Origin: Minisyncoccota bacterium
GTDB taxonomy: Bacteria; Patescibacteriota; Minisyncoccia; Phycocordibacterales; UBA918
Reading direction: 5' to 3'
DNA length: 64,000 nucleotides
Assembly: GCA_021734905.1 (NCBI GenBank)
Contig: JAIPIB010000004.1
Span: forward strand, 6,743-70,742
Positions 49,841-58,612 of the stretch are shown here, piece by piece. The position numbers and the translations under genes are program-made. Under the pieces are notes generated by a model that had not been told where the DNA came from, did no database searches, and saw only the letters and a list, made by a program, of their open reading frames with translations. Position 1 is the stretch's first letter; the number at the start of each line of letters is the position of its first letter.

Positions 49841-50175
49841 ATGCAGCGAGAGAAGTCACAAGGCTGTAATTCACTCTCGCAAATATCTTAAATCAAAGTT
49901 TACTTGGATTTAAGATATTTGCGAGAGTGAAAGTATGCTTTGCATACGCCTTGTGACTTCCGAGCAAAGAGGGAATGTATCGAGCCGTCAGGCGAGGATA
50001 CACCTCAACTTACCCAATTACGAAATCAGAATGTCTAACTTCGTGACCACGATAATACCATCCGTAGGCTAAAAATGCGAATACCAGCCCATGTGTTTGA
50101 AGAAGATTCATGAGTGTCACATTCTAGGAATTTAGTATTTTTGGATGTATTCAAAACTCTGTTACAATACCGCCG

Positions 50176-51096
50176 ATGATTACACATTATTTTAAGACAA
50201 CAGAGGATACACAGCTTTCCACATGTCCTGAACCAAGAGTTGGAATCTGGACGCATGTTGTTGCTCCGAAAGAGGAGGAGCTTGAGGCACTTTCGGAACT
50301 CTATGGACTTGATGAAACAATTATCAAGGACATTGAAGACTTTTTTGAGGTGCCCCGTTTTGAACAAGAGGGAACTGCTTCATACTTTTTTACGAGATAC
50401 CCCTATGATCTTGAAGATATTGATATTGATACAGTACCTATTCTGATCGTTCTCGGTGAAACATTTTTGATCACCATAGCAGAACAGGAAGTGCCGTTTT
50501 TAAAACCTTTTTTAGATGGGAAGAGAATTTTTTCTACAACACATAAAACAAAATTGTTTTTGGAATTTGTATCAGAACTCATGATTACTTATGAGCGTAA
50601 ACTGACACGAACACGAAAGATGGTGCTCCGAGACACGGGAAGAGTTCGATCAATTAAAGCTCGAGATATTCAGAGGCTGGTATTTTTTGAACAGGAAATC
50701 AATGAGACTATCTCAGCGCTTGTTCCAACACATGATTGGCTGAAGCAACTTACCAAAGGGAATTACATTCAGATGTTTAGTGAAGACCGCGAACTTCTTG
50801 AGGATCTTCTCATTGCGAACAATCAGTTAGTTGATTCATCAAAGTCGATTCTCAAGACAATTCAAAATATTCGTGGAGCAAGTGAATCGATCCTGACACA
50901 GAAATTGAATAGCACTATCAGAATGCTTACAGGATTGACGATTGTTCTTACTATCCCAACACTGATCTCGTCACTGTTTGGTATGAACGTACCACTTCCA
51001 TTGCAAAACAACCCATATGGCTTCTGGTTAATCATTACAATCATTGTTGTGGCGGTAGCGTTCACAATCTACTTCTTACGTAATCGTTGGATATGA
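50176..51096 (+). CDS. corA: CorA-family Mg2+ transporter
   Basis: PR.E, C-terminal TM with LFGMNV motif. Confidence 0.9.
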   Translation: MITHYFKTTEDTQLSTCPEPRVGIWTHVVAPKEEELEALSELYGLDETIIKDIEDFFEVPRFEQEGTASYFFTRYPYDLEDIDIDTVPILIVLGETFLITIAEQEVPFLKPFLDGKRIFSTTHKTKLFLEFVSELMITYERKLTRTRKMVLRDTGRVRSIKARDIQRLVFFEQEINETISALVPTHDWLKQLTKGNYIQMFSEDRELLEDLLIANNQLVDSSKSILKTIQNIRGASESILTQKLNSTIRMLTGLTIVLTIPTLISSLFGMNVPLPLQNNPYGFWLIITIIVVAVAFTIYFLRNRWI

Positions 51097-51713
51097 ATAT
51101 AGAGAAGAAACAAATTGTATTCATTCACGGTGGAAATGCATATAGCGAGTATAAAAATTTTCTTGAATGGCTACGCGTAAAAGAAATTGAAGACCCGCTT
51201 GAAGAAGGTGTTTTTAAAAAATGGCAACCAACGTTGCGTACATCACTTTCGCAATCATATGACGTTTATTACCCAGCAATGCCGAATAGTAAAAATGCGA
51301 AGTATGAGGAGTGGAAGATATGGTTTGAGCGGCATCACGCGTTTCTCCGGGACGGCGTCACTCTCATAGGGCACTCGCTCGGGGGATACTTTTTGGCAAA
51401 GTACCTTAGTGAAGAAAAAATGCCAGTTTCGGTACACGCGCTGTATTTCCTCGCGGCACCTTTCGAGAATGATGATTTTGGTGGGGAAGATGGAGGAGAC
51501 TTTGCGTTTGATTCACAAAATCTCCATCGACTTGCTCTGCAAGTCGATGGAGTGTACATTTTTCATTCCAAAGATGACTCTGTTGTTCCATACACACACG
51601 CACTAAAGTATGCAGAAGCACTCCCCGGTGCAGAGCTTGTATCATTTGAAGATAAAAATCATTTTCTCCATGAAAAATTTCCTGAAATTATTGAACATAT
51701 TCAGAAACATTAA
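51093..51713 (+). CDS. RBBP9/YdeN-like alpha/beta hydrolase
   Basis: FIHGG, GHSLGG nucleophile elbow, HSKDDSVVP, HF. Confidence 0.9.
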   Translation: MNIEKKQIVFIHGGNAYSEYKNFLEWLRVKEIEDPLEEGVFKKWQPTLRTSLSQSYDVYYPAMPNSKNAKYEEWKIWFERHHAFLRDGVTLIGHSLGGYFLAKYLSEEKMPVSVHALYFLAAPFENDDFGGEDGGDFAFDSQNLHRLALQVDGVYIFHSKDDSVVPYTHALKYAEALPGAELVSFEDKNHFLHEKFPEIIEHIQKH

Positions 51714-52510
51714 TCTTCCTTAGAAGATTTGTCACCCAAAATATTTGTTGATTCCCCGTACTCACCTTGGGTTTTTTTCCAGAGGAGCTCAAATATTTGT
51801 TGCATTGCATGGGCAAATTCAGTGCTTTCAATAATAATTGCTTGCTTGGAGTGCATAATGACGATACGGACACCCCACCCAAACATTTCAAAAGAACAGT
51901 CTGCACTATAAATTGATTCAGGGAGGAATTTTGCATTGATACTCCCTACCGAAGTACCAAAAAATCTTTTATAAGGCTGTAGGTCTTTGTCGTCGGGGGT
52001 GAACCCACGCACGCTGATGTTGAGTTTTATTTTTGCTTCATTCCATGGGATAAAGACCTCGTTGTGTACTTCTTGTTCAATATCGCGCGCTCGAGCAAAA
52101 AACCCAACAATCTCCGTACCTTCAAAATCCTTTAACTTATATTCATAAGCTTGTTTGAGTCCTGCAGTTCCTTCAAAGTAAAGAATATTCGGCTTGTCGC
52201 TCTTCTTTCGTTGCATTGCGAGAAGTTCGGGGATTACTTTCTTTGCTTCTTTCACTCGTTGCTCCACATCCTCAACATAACTTTCGGGGGAGCGTGCTAT
52301 ATACATGCGTTTTTTCTCACCCGTCATCTGCACAATGAGTCCTTTTTCTACGAGTTCCTCCGCAATAACGTACGCAGTGGGGCGTTTAAGCCGAGATTTT
52401 TTTGCAATTTTATATGGTGTAGATGGGCCAAGTTCAAGAAGGGCAAGGTAGACGCGTGCCTCCTTTTCGGTGAGATTTAGTTTCTTCAGAGCTTGAATAA
52501 GTGGTTCCAT
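51710..52510 (-). CDS. TrmB-family transcriptional regulator
   Basis: LTEKEARVYLALLELG...IAK.S.LKRPT.Y....L..KGL; CPR-style C-terminal domain. Confidence 0.85.
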   Translation of the reverse strand: MEPLIQALKKLNLTEKEARVYLALLELGPSTPYKIAKKSRLKRPTAYVIAEELVEKGLIVQMTGEKKRMYIARSPESYVEDVEQRVKEAKKVIPELLAMQRKKSDKPNILYFEGTAGLKQAYEYKLKDFEGTEIVGFFARARDIEQEVHNEVFIPWNEAKIKLNISVRGFTPDDKDLQPYKRFFGTSVGSINAKFLPESIYSADCSFEMFGWGVRIVIMHSKQAIIIESTEFAHAMQQIFELLWKKTQGEYGESTNILGDKSSKED

Positions 52511-52645
52511 AGAGCAAGTATAGCGAATATATAAAAATAGTCAATAATTTTGACAAATACAAAGTAGATATTGAATATATCTATATTTATAAACATAAAA
52601 TAAAGAATTAAGCAGATACATTCTGTTTTAAAATAGACAGTAATA

Positions 52646-52674
52646 TTGACATAGCGCAAATACTCCGGTATTAT
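52646..52674 (+). promoter_or_regulatory. Sigma70 promoter of the accessory operon
   Basis: TTGACA-17 nt-TATTAT. Confidence 0.7.
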
Positions 52675-52766
52675 ATTGCACAGTTGATAAGCAAGAAATT
52701 ATCAGATCTTTCAAATCCGCGAATTTTTCGCAACCTACATGCCTGGGGGTCAAACTGGGTAAGGAG

Positions 52767-53291
52767 ATGAGCATGGAAAAGCTGAACATTCTGGTGATTG
52801 AAGACAACGTCGCCCACCAACAAGCCGCTCAGGAGCAGCTTTCTGAGCATAATCTAACAATCGTCGGTAGTTTCCCCGAGGCATTGCGAATCTTAGGATC
52901 GTACTCCTTTGTGCGAATAGGGAAAGAAGGATACACATACGAGGGAAACTTCGATGTTGTACTCACCGACATGGAAATGCCTGTTTGTCGCCTTGATAAT
53001 CTTGATCGATCTGTTGTGAAAGATATATCAGCGCCATATGGGTTAGTCCTCGCACTGCGAGCGGCTCAAGTTGGAGTTAAGTACGTTGCGATGATCACTG
53101 ATACAAATCATCACCAGGGAGCAATGAGTAACGCTCTCGATATGGTTACCGGTGCATACTGGAGCCATGGTGGCGGAATGTTTCAGATTGGTCAATCAAA
53201 AGTACTCTTTGCACATGCCGAGACTAAAGCCAACACGGAAAACGTGCGGGTAAAGCAGTGGCATGAAGCATTGAAACTTCTTCTTGGATGA
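52767..53291 (+). CDS. Stand-alone response-regulator receiver-like protein
   Basis: ILVIEDN...DVVLTDMEMP; AAGGAGA SD. Confidence 0.75.
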   Translation: MSMEKLNILVIEDNVAHQQAAQEQLSEHNLTIVGSFPEALRILGSYSFVRIGKEGYTYEGNFDVVLTDMEMPVCRLDNLDRSVVKDISAPYGLVLALRAAQVGVKYVAMITDTNHHQGAMSNALDMVTGAYWSHGGGMFQIGQSKVLFAHAETKANTENVRVKQWHEALKLLLG

Positions 53292-53435
53292 TTTCCACAC
53301 GCAGACCCCAGTCTGACTGCGTGTAATAAATGAATGGGACGCTCGTAGCGAAGAAAAGTACGAGCACGACAGAGGGATAAGAGACCGAAGCCCTGTCAAA
53401 AGCTTTCTGGTAGATCAGCTTAAACTACCCGTTCG

Positions 53436-53493
53436 CCCAAACGTGATTGGTGCATTGGCGAGTTGAGTGTTTACTCCTCCTCGCCATCTTTAT
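53436..53493 (+). repeat. 58-bp imperfect direct repeat with a terminator-like hairpin (copy 1)
   Basis: CATTGGCGAGTTGAGTGT...CTCCTCGCCATCTTTAT shared with 57273-57330. Confidence 0.85.
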
Positions 53494-53596
53494 ACAGTTT
53501 CTGAAATTGTCGGAAACTTTTAGAGATTTGTTCTTTCACATTGAACACCGGCATACTGCCAACCGCACCCCAGGTGAGTGGGTAAAGGAGATTGGG

Positions 53597-53746
53597 ATGG
53601 ACAAACAAGAGATTATTGACCAGATCAGTATGCTGCTCGGTCAACTTCTCGCTGAATCTCGCGGGAACAAAGCGGCGATTGCGCTCATCACTGAAATGAT
53701 GAGTTTGATCGGTAAAATTTTTGATTCATTTACTTCGGGAGAATAA
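53597..53746 (+). CDS. Small helical hypothetical protein (49 aa)
   Basis: AAGGAGA SD before the ATG at 53597; the longer track ORF runs through the repeat. Confidence 0.6.
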   Translation: MDKQEIIDQISMLLGQLLAESRGNKAAIALITEMMSLIGKIFDSFTSGE

Positions 53747-53748
53747 AA

Positions 53749-54120
53749 ATGGAAAAGATTCTCGTTGTGGACGACGAAGCACCGATGCTTGATGGGTTGC
53801 TTCGCGTTTCAGGGTTTGAGATTGTTTTTGCCGAAAATGAAAAACAGGCAAGGGCAGTGCTCGAGACGCAACAGATTTCCATCATACTTATGGATGGGAA
53901 TCTTGATCCAGGGAATGATCTCTGGGGGCGCGATGTAGTGAAGCGCCTGCGTTCGTCTGGGTACACACTTCTGATTTGCATGTTTAGCTCCGATAAGGGG
54001 ATGAATGTGGAAGGTGTGGAAGCTGGGGCAGATTCGTCGTTCAAGAAAGACTGGAATGATGATGAAATGTCCGAGCGACTCGGTGAGCATCTCAAAACTT
54101 TGATGCGGGGATCCCAGTGA
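53749..54120 (+). CDS. Single-domain response regulator (CheY-like receiver)
   Basis: ILVVDDE, ILMDGNL, G.DVVK.LR, GAD....K. Confidence 0.85.
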   Translation: MEKILVVDDEAPMLDGLLRVSGFEIVFAENEKQARAVLETQQISIILMDGNLDPGNDLWGRDVVKRLRSSGYTLLICMFSSDKGMNVEGVEAGADSSFKKDWNDDEMSERLGEHLKTLMRGSQ

Positions 54121-54280
54121 AAAAATAATCTGGGGCGAGACCGTGGTGGAAACAAAAAACGTTTCCACCTTCTTATCAGGATTTTAAATTAAAGTTTGAA
54201 ATTCTGTAGGGATAGTTCTTTTACATTAAACATCGGCATATTGCCAACTGCACCTCGGGCACAGGGGTAAGGAGACGAGT

Positions 54281-54538
54281 ATGAGTACAACGTACTGGCG
54301 TGAAAATACTCTTGTTCGCCACAAGGGAGAGATCGTCTCCGTGCAGAAAAATGGAGATGACCGCCGCGAACTAGACAATGTATCGTCTGGAGACCGTCGT
54401 TCCCGTCAAATCGGGAAGAGGCACTGGCTCCGCAAGGAATCTAATGGGTGGAATTCTGGTGGTGGCTATTGGGACTATGTTTCCATGAAGCTGCCTGGCA
54501 AACCAGAACGAAACCTACGGAGACCTGTAGACAGCTAG
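54281..54538 (+). CDS. Hypothetical protein (85 aa)
   Basis: Repeated leader plus AAGGAGA SD. Confidence 0.65.
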   Translation: MSTTYWRENTLVRHKGEIVSVQKNGDDRRELDNVSSGDRRSRQIGKRHWLRKESNGWNSGGGYWDYVSMKLPGKPERNLRRPVDS

Positions 54539-54545
54539 GGCATGA

Positions 54546-54912
54546 GCGGGGATCTGGGGCAACACATAACCCTCAGGCGAGACCGCATTTCGAATGAATG
54601 GTCTGCGACGGCAGATTGCGCGGGGTTTCGAAAGATCCTCGAAGGCACAGACCAAGTTAATGTCAGAGTAACGACGTTAACCCAGTGATGGCCAATGTCA
54701 TATCTTCTCCTCGACGAGAAGATATGACCTTAGATAAACCAAAGATTTTGGGTTTATCAGGCATCGAGTCTGTGTAATTCTTCCACTATTCATACCCAAT
54801 GACCTGTAGCGGGTTCCATACATATGAATAGTTGGCGTAGCTTTTCAAGCTATGTGAGGCTGAGCGTCCTCAGTCAATTCCCAAGAGGACTTACAACCTC
54901 CTCTTGGGATCT
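54546..54912 (+). ncRNA. Candidate large structured non-coding RNA
   Basis: No ORF in the track; about 10 hairpins and nested long-range stems (CACAGAC/GTCTGTG, CTATTCATA/TATGAATAG). Confidence 0.5.
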
Positions 54913-54984
54913 TCATGAAGTTTCTGAAATCGTCGGAAACTTTTAGAGATTTTGTTCTTTCCAAACTAACACAAGGAGATTGCT

Positions 54985-55155
54985 ATGTTGATCGATTCTG
55001 CTGAGGCATGGGAAGCGTGTAAGGTTCTCATGTTCATGTCTGGGGTCCTCGGGTTTGCAGTCGGGTTTTTTCTTCGCGATCGTTTCTGGGATGTAAAACA
55101 GAAAAATTCGCGACCGAAAGCAGACGTATATCAATTTCCGAAGCGAGGAAGTTAG
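54985..55155 (+). CDS. Small single-TM protein (56 aa, not in the ORF track)
   Basis: AAGGAGA SD; MLIDSAEAWEACKVLMFMSGVLGFAVGFFLRDRFW...KRGS*. Confidence 0.6.
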   Translation: MLIDSAEAWEACKVLMFMSGVLGFAVGFFLRDRFWDVKQKNSRPKADVYQFPKRGS

Positions 55156-55312
55156 GACCTTCCTCGGCTTTATACAGTTTCTGAATTTTCGGGAGTTGTT
55201 AGAGAGAAAGTTCATTTCAACATCAAATTTTCAAATCTGTTCAAGTTCGAAAATTGCAAAGATTTTATCTTGTCTGGTTAGTACAAGAATTAGTAATTAT
55301 AGTAAATTTATT

Positions 55313-56680
55313 ATGACAAGCTCGTATTATGTAATTGGTGCAGTACTACTCTACTTTGTCGCGCTGACTGTCGTATCGTATGTAACTGGAAAGAAACATA
55401 ACAATGCGCAGTTTATTTCTGGTGGGTACAAAATACCCGCATTGGGGACATTTTCATCATTGTTCGTGAGCACGATTGATGGTGTCGGTTTGGTCTTCCT
55501 AGTCACACTCGCGGCCTCTATCGGATTTGGTTTGTACTGGTTTGCTATCGGTATTTTTCTCACCGCCCTCCTGTTCTGTATCCAAGCACCTCGAATTAGA
55601 AAACTGAGTGAAGAGAAAAAATTTCTTAACATCACCGACTTACTTAAGTCACAGCTGGGTACAGTTACAGCGGGACTCGCCGTTATTATTGTTACGATTC
55701 TTATAGCAGCGCATTCTGCTTCACTCCTCTATATCTGTGGGCAAATATTTTCCGCAATTTTTGGTTCGACGTTGACGGTGAGCATAATCGTCACTTCGGT
55801 AGTCGTTGGAGGGTACATTTACTTTGGTGGATATAAGGCAGTCATTGCTACTGATATTGTACAATTTTTAGCAATCATTCTTTTACTCGGGGCATCATTA
55901 TTTATTGTTGATTTTCCTTCGGTTAGCTTTGCCCAGCATTCATTTCTTATGAATGATAGTCTCAGTGGTGTTTTTGGAATCATTGTTTTTTCTCTGATTA
56001 TGTTCTATACCGTTCCTGCCATATGGCAGAGGATATTTACTTCGCAGGATCTACGTTCTACGAAAAAATCGCTACTCCTGTTTGGGTTAGCGTATGTCCC
56101 CGTATACTTTGTCATAATTGTGTTAGCCCTAACACTTTTTAGCATGTTCTCAACTATTGATCCGAGTCAGTTGCTCTACACGCTTTCTAGTGGTCAGGCG
56201 AGCCCTTTCCTTGGTGTCATACTGAGTGTGTCGCTTCTTGCGTTAACAATGTCATCACTGGATACACAGGTATATATTTTCCTTTCAACAATTGCATCGA
56301 ATTGGCTCAAGATTGATAAAGAAAGTAATTCTGAAAAGTATGTATCGGTGCTTAAGGTGTTGATCGCAATTTCATTTATCCTTATGACAGTGATTGCGCT
56401 TACGATATCGAACGTTGTGTCATTTGTACTCAGCGCGTTCTCACTATTGAGTGTCTTAGCACCGGCCTTGTTTGTTGCCGTGTATAGTGAAAAAGAAAGT
56501 CGAGTACTGGATTATTCAATGGCTACAGTTACCATCTTTGGTATAGCCGTATTCTTCTACATGATGGCCAACGCGATGTTTGTCGATTTATTTACAAGCG
56601 CAATCCCGGGCCTTGCGACCATCATTGTCACCTTTGTGGGTTGGCTAGCATGGGAATTATTCGACCTAGAAGGTAATTAA
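55313..56680 (+). CDS. Sodium:solute symporter family transporter
   Basis: About 12-13 TM helices; Y..FGG.KAV..TD.VQ, WQRIF, MSSLD. Confidence 0.88.
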   Translation: MTSSYYVIGAVLLYFVALTVVSYVTGKKHNNAQFISGGYKIPALGTFSSLFVSTIDGVGLVFLVTLAASIGFGLYWFAIGIFLTALLFCIQAPRIRKLSEEKKFLNITDLLKSQLGTVTAGLAVIIVTILIAAHSASLLYICGQIFSAIFGSTLTVSIIVTSVVVGGYIYFGGYKAVIATDIVQFLAIILLLGASLFIVDFPSVSFAQHSFLMNDSLSGVFGIIVFSLIMFYTVPAIWQRIFTSQDLRSTKKSLLLFGLAYVPVYFVIIVLALTLFSMFSTIDPSQLLYTLSSGQASPFLGVILSVSLLALTMSSLDTQVYIFLSTIASNWLKIDKESNSEKYVSVLKVLIAISFILMTVIALTISNVVSFVLSAFSLLSVLAPALFVAVYSEKESRVLDYSMATVTIFGIAVFFYMMANAMFVDLFTSAIPGLATIIVTFVGWLAWELFDLEGN

Positions 56681-56714
56681 TTACTTTTCAGCTCTGACCT
56701 GATAGAGTCTTAGT

Positions 56715-57248
56715 ATGAGTGTTGTACCAAAAATAATTTTACTAGGAGGTCCTCAAGCAACGGGAAAAACTACTTTAGCCAAAGAGCTTTCGTCTCGGTT
56801 GGATGTACCTTGGATCTCAACAGACCAGATACGAACAATTTGTGGCATCATCCCTAAAGGAACGAGGTTACTGTCGGAAGAAATTGAGAACAATGAAGAG
56901 ATATGGAAAGGGGTGGAACGTTTCATCAAAAGCCCTTTCCCTTGGGAGGCTGTGATTATTGAGGGAGTAGCTGTTTTACCGCATTTTGTTTCCTCGTTAG
57001 ACATTGAGGTTAGCCCAGTCTTTATTATTGATACTGACGCGAAAAGAATTGCAGAAACAATTTATCAAAGAAGTTTACTCTCGTGGATAAATACAAAGAC
57101 AGAGGAGCAGCAGAGTAAAAAGGTTGCAGACATCATTGAGTTCAATAATTTTATAAAAAAAGAAACACAGAAATACAACCTTCCAATAATAGAAGTTTCA
57201 AAATCAAATCAAGATATTGAAAAAGTGATGGAATTGCTTGTTGGTTGA
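56715..57248 (+). CDS. P-loop kinase (AAA_33 / 2-phosphoglycerate kinase-like)
   Basis: LLGGPQATGKTT, ISTDQIR, IIEGV. Confidence 0.75.
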   Translation: MSVVPKIILLGGPQATGKTTLAKELSSRLDVPWISTDQIRTICGIIPKGTRLLSEEIENNEEIWKGVERFIKSPFPWEAVIIEGVAVLPHFVSSLDIEVSPVFIIDTDAKRIAETIYQRSLLSWINTKTEEQQSKKVADIIEFNNFIKKETQKYNLPIIEVSKSNQDIEKVMELLVG

Positions 57249-57272
57249 AAGTAGGAATATATACTCGCATTA

Positions 57273-57330
57273 CCCGAGCGTGATCGCGACATTGGCGAGT
57301 TGAGTGTATTCATCTCCTCGCCATCTTTAT
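57273..57330 (+). repeat. 58-bp imperfect direct repeat (copy 2)
   Basis: See 53436-53493. Confidence 0.85.
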
Positions 57331-57440
57331 CAAGGTTTTAACTTAGGTTGAAGGTTTGATAGAGGGTAAACAGGCGGTTCCTGGAGGGAATCGTCTGTTT
57401 TTTGCAAAAAAACAGACGCAAAAATGATATACTTGTACAT

Positions 57441-57845
57441 ATGGAACATTCGCCAAAATTTCACTCTGATAAAGAAGAATTATCGAAACCAGTACCGTAT
57501 GGAAGGGAGGCGCTTTCTGTGGAGTCAGCACTTGTTACTCAAATTGCACTTATGAGGCACATGATTCCTTCAGAATTGAGAAAATTCATGAGTCAGAGCG
57601 ACGGTGTACATGTTAGTGCAGAGGACTTCTTTTTTGAAAAATGGCAAAAAAAATATGCAATACCGTTTTCTGATTATTGCGATATCCATGCTGATGACAC
57701 AGAACTGATTGAGAGAATGCAGAATCAAGAACTTAAGCCGGAGGACATTCAGACACTTCATGGGTATTTGGAAGGCGAAGCTTTAGAAAGACCATTTTTT
57801 ACACAAGAGGAAAAAGATGAATTTATGAGGAGGAACGTCCATTAA
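57441..57845 (+). CDS. Hypothetical protein
   Basis: ATG at 57441 just after a -10-like TATACT. Confidence 0.6.
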   Translation: MEHSPKFHSDKEELSKPVPYGREALSVESALVTQIALMRHMIPSELRKFMSQSDGVHVSAEDFFFEKWQKKYAIPFSDYCDIHADDTELIERMQNQELKPEDIQTLHGYLEGEALERPFFTQEEKDEFMRRNVH

Positions 57846-58000
57846 ACGCGAGGATTTTTTGGATGGAGAAGAGTGTCTAGACATGATTTCCTTCCTAAAA
57901 TACCGTGTTTTTGAGTATAAAGTATGGTAATTTAAGTATTCTAGTGAATTCTGTGAAAGAAGTGGGTTTTTTCACCGTCATCGCTTATAATGGGTTCCAC

Positions 58001-58612
58001 ATGGCTTCAGAAGAACAAAAGAAGACAAAAAGGAAAACAGGGACTGACTCCATCGTGGAAGGGCACGAGGAGCGTTTTTTGAAAGCATTTGACGAGTATT
58101 CTGATGCACTGTTTCGTCATGCAATATACAGACTTTCTGATCGCGAAAGAGCGATTGAGATTGTCCACGACACCTTCACAAAGGTGTGGAGCTATTTACG
58201 CTCTGGGCATGAAGTCGATACATACAAGCCATTTTTATATAAGGTCATCAACAATCTTATTATCGATGAATATCGAAGGAGAAAAGAACTTTCTCTCGAT
58301 TCGATACTGGCTGAAGAAGGTGTCGATGAAGGTTCATTTCCTGAACTGTATGAAGGGGGAATCGAGGAACTTACGTTTATGCTCGATGCAAAGAAAGCAA
58401 GCTTGCTCATTTGCGAATTACCCATCGTATACCGAGAAGTCCTCACGCTTCGGTTTGTTGACGGACTTGGACCAAAGGAGATAAGTGAACTCACCGAAGA
58501 AACAGAGAATGTCGTCTCTGTCCGCATCCACCGAGCTCTCAAGATCCTCAAGGGCCTTATTCAGAAGAATGAGGAAGAGGCAGAGACAAAACGCTTAAAT
58601 ACAACACTATGA
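58001..58612 (+). CDS. ECF RNA polymerase sigma factor
   Basis: A.EIVHDTF.KVW, FLYK..NNLIIDEYRR, LP..YREVL.LRF..GL...EIS, RIHRAL. Confidence 0.9.
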   Translation: MASEEQKKTKRKTGTDSIVEGHEERFLKAFDEYSDALFRHAIYRLSDRERAIEIVHDTFTKVWSYLRSGHEVDTYKPFLYKVINNLIIDEYRRRKELSLDSILAEEGVDEGSFPELYEGGIEELTFMLDAKKASLLICELPIVYREVLTLRFVDGLGPKEISELTEETENVVSVRIHRALKILKGLIQKNEEEAETKRLNTTL

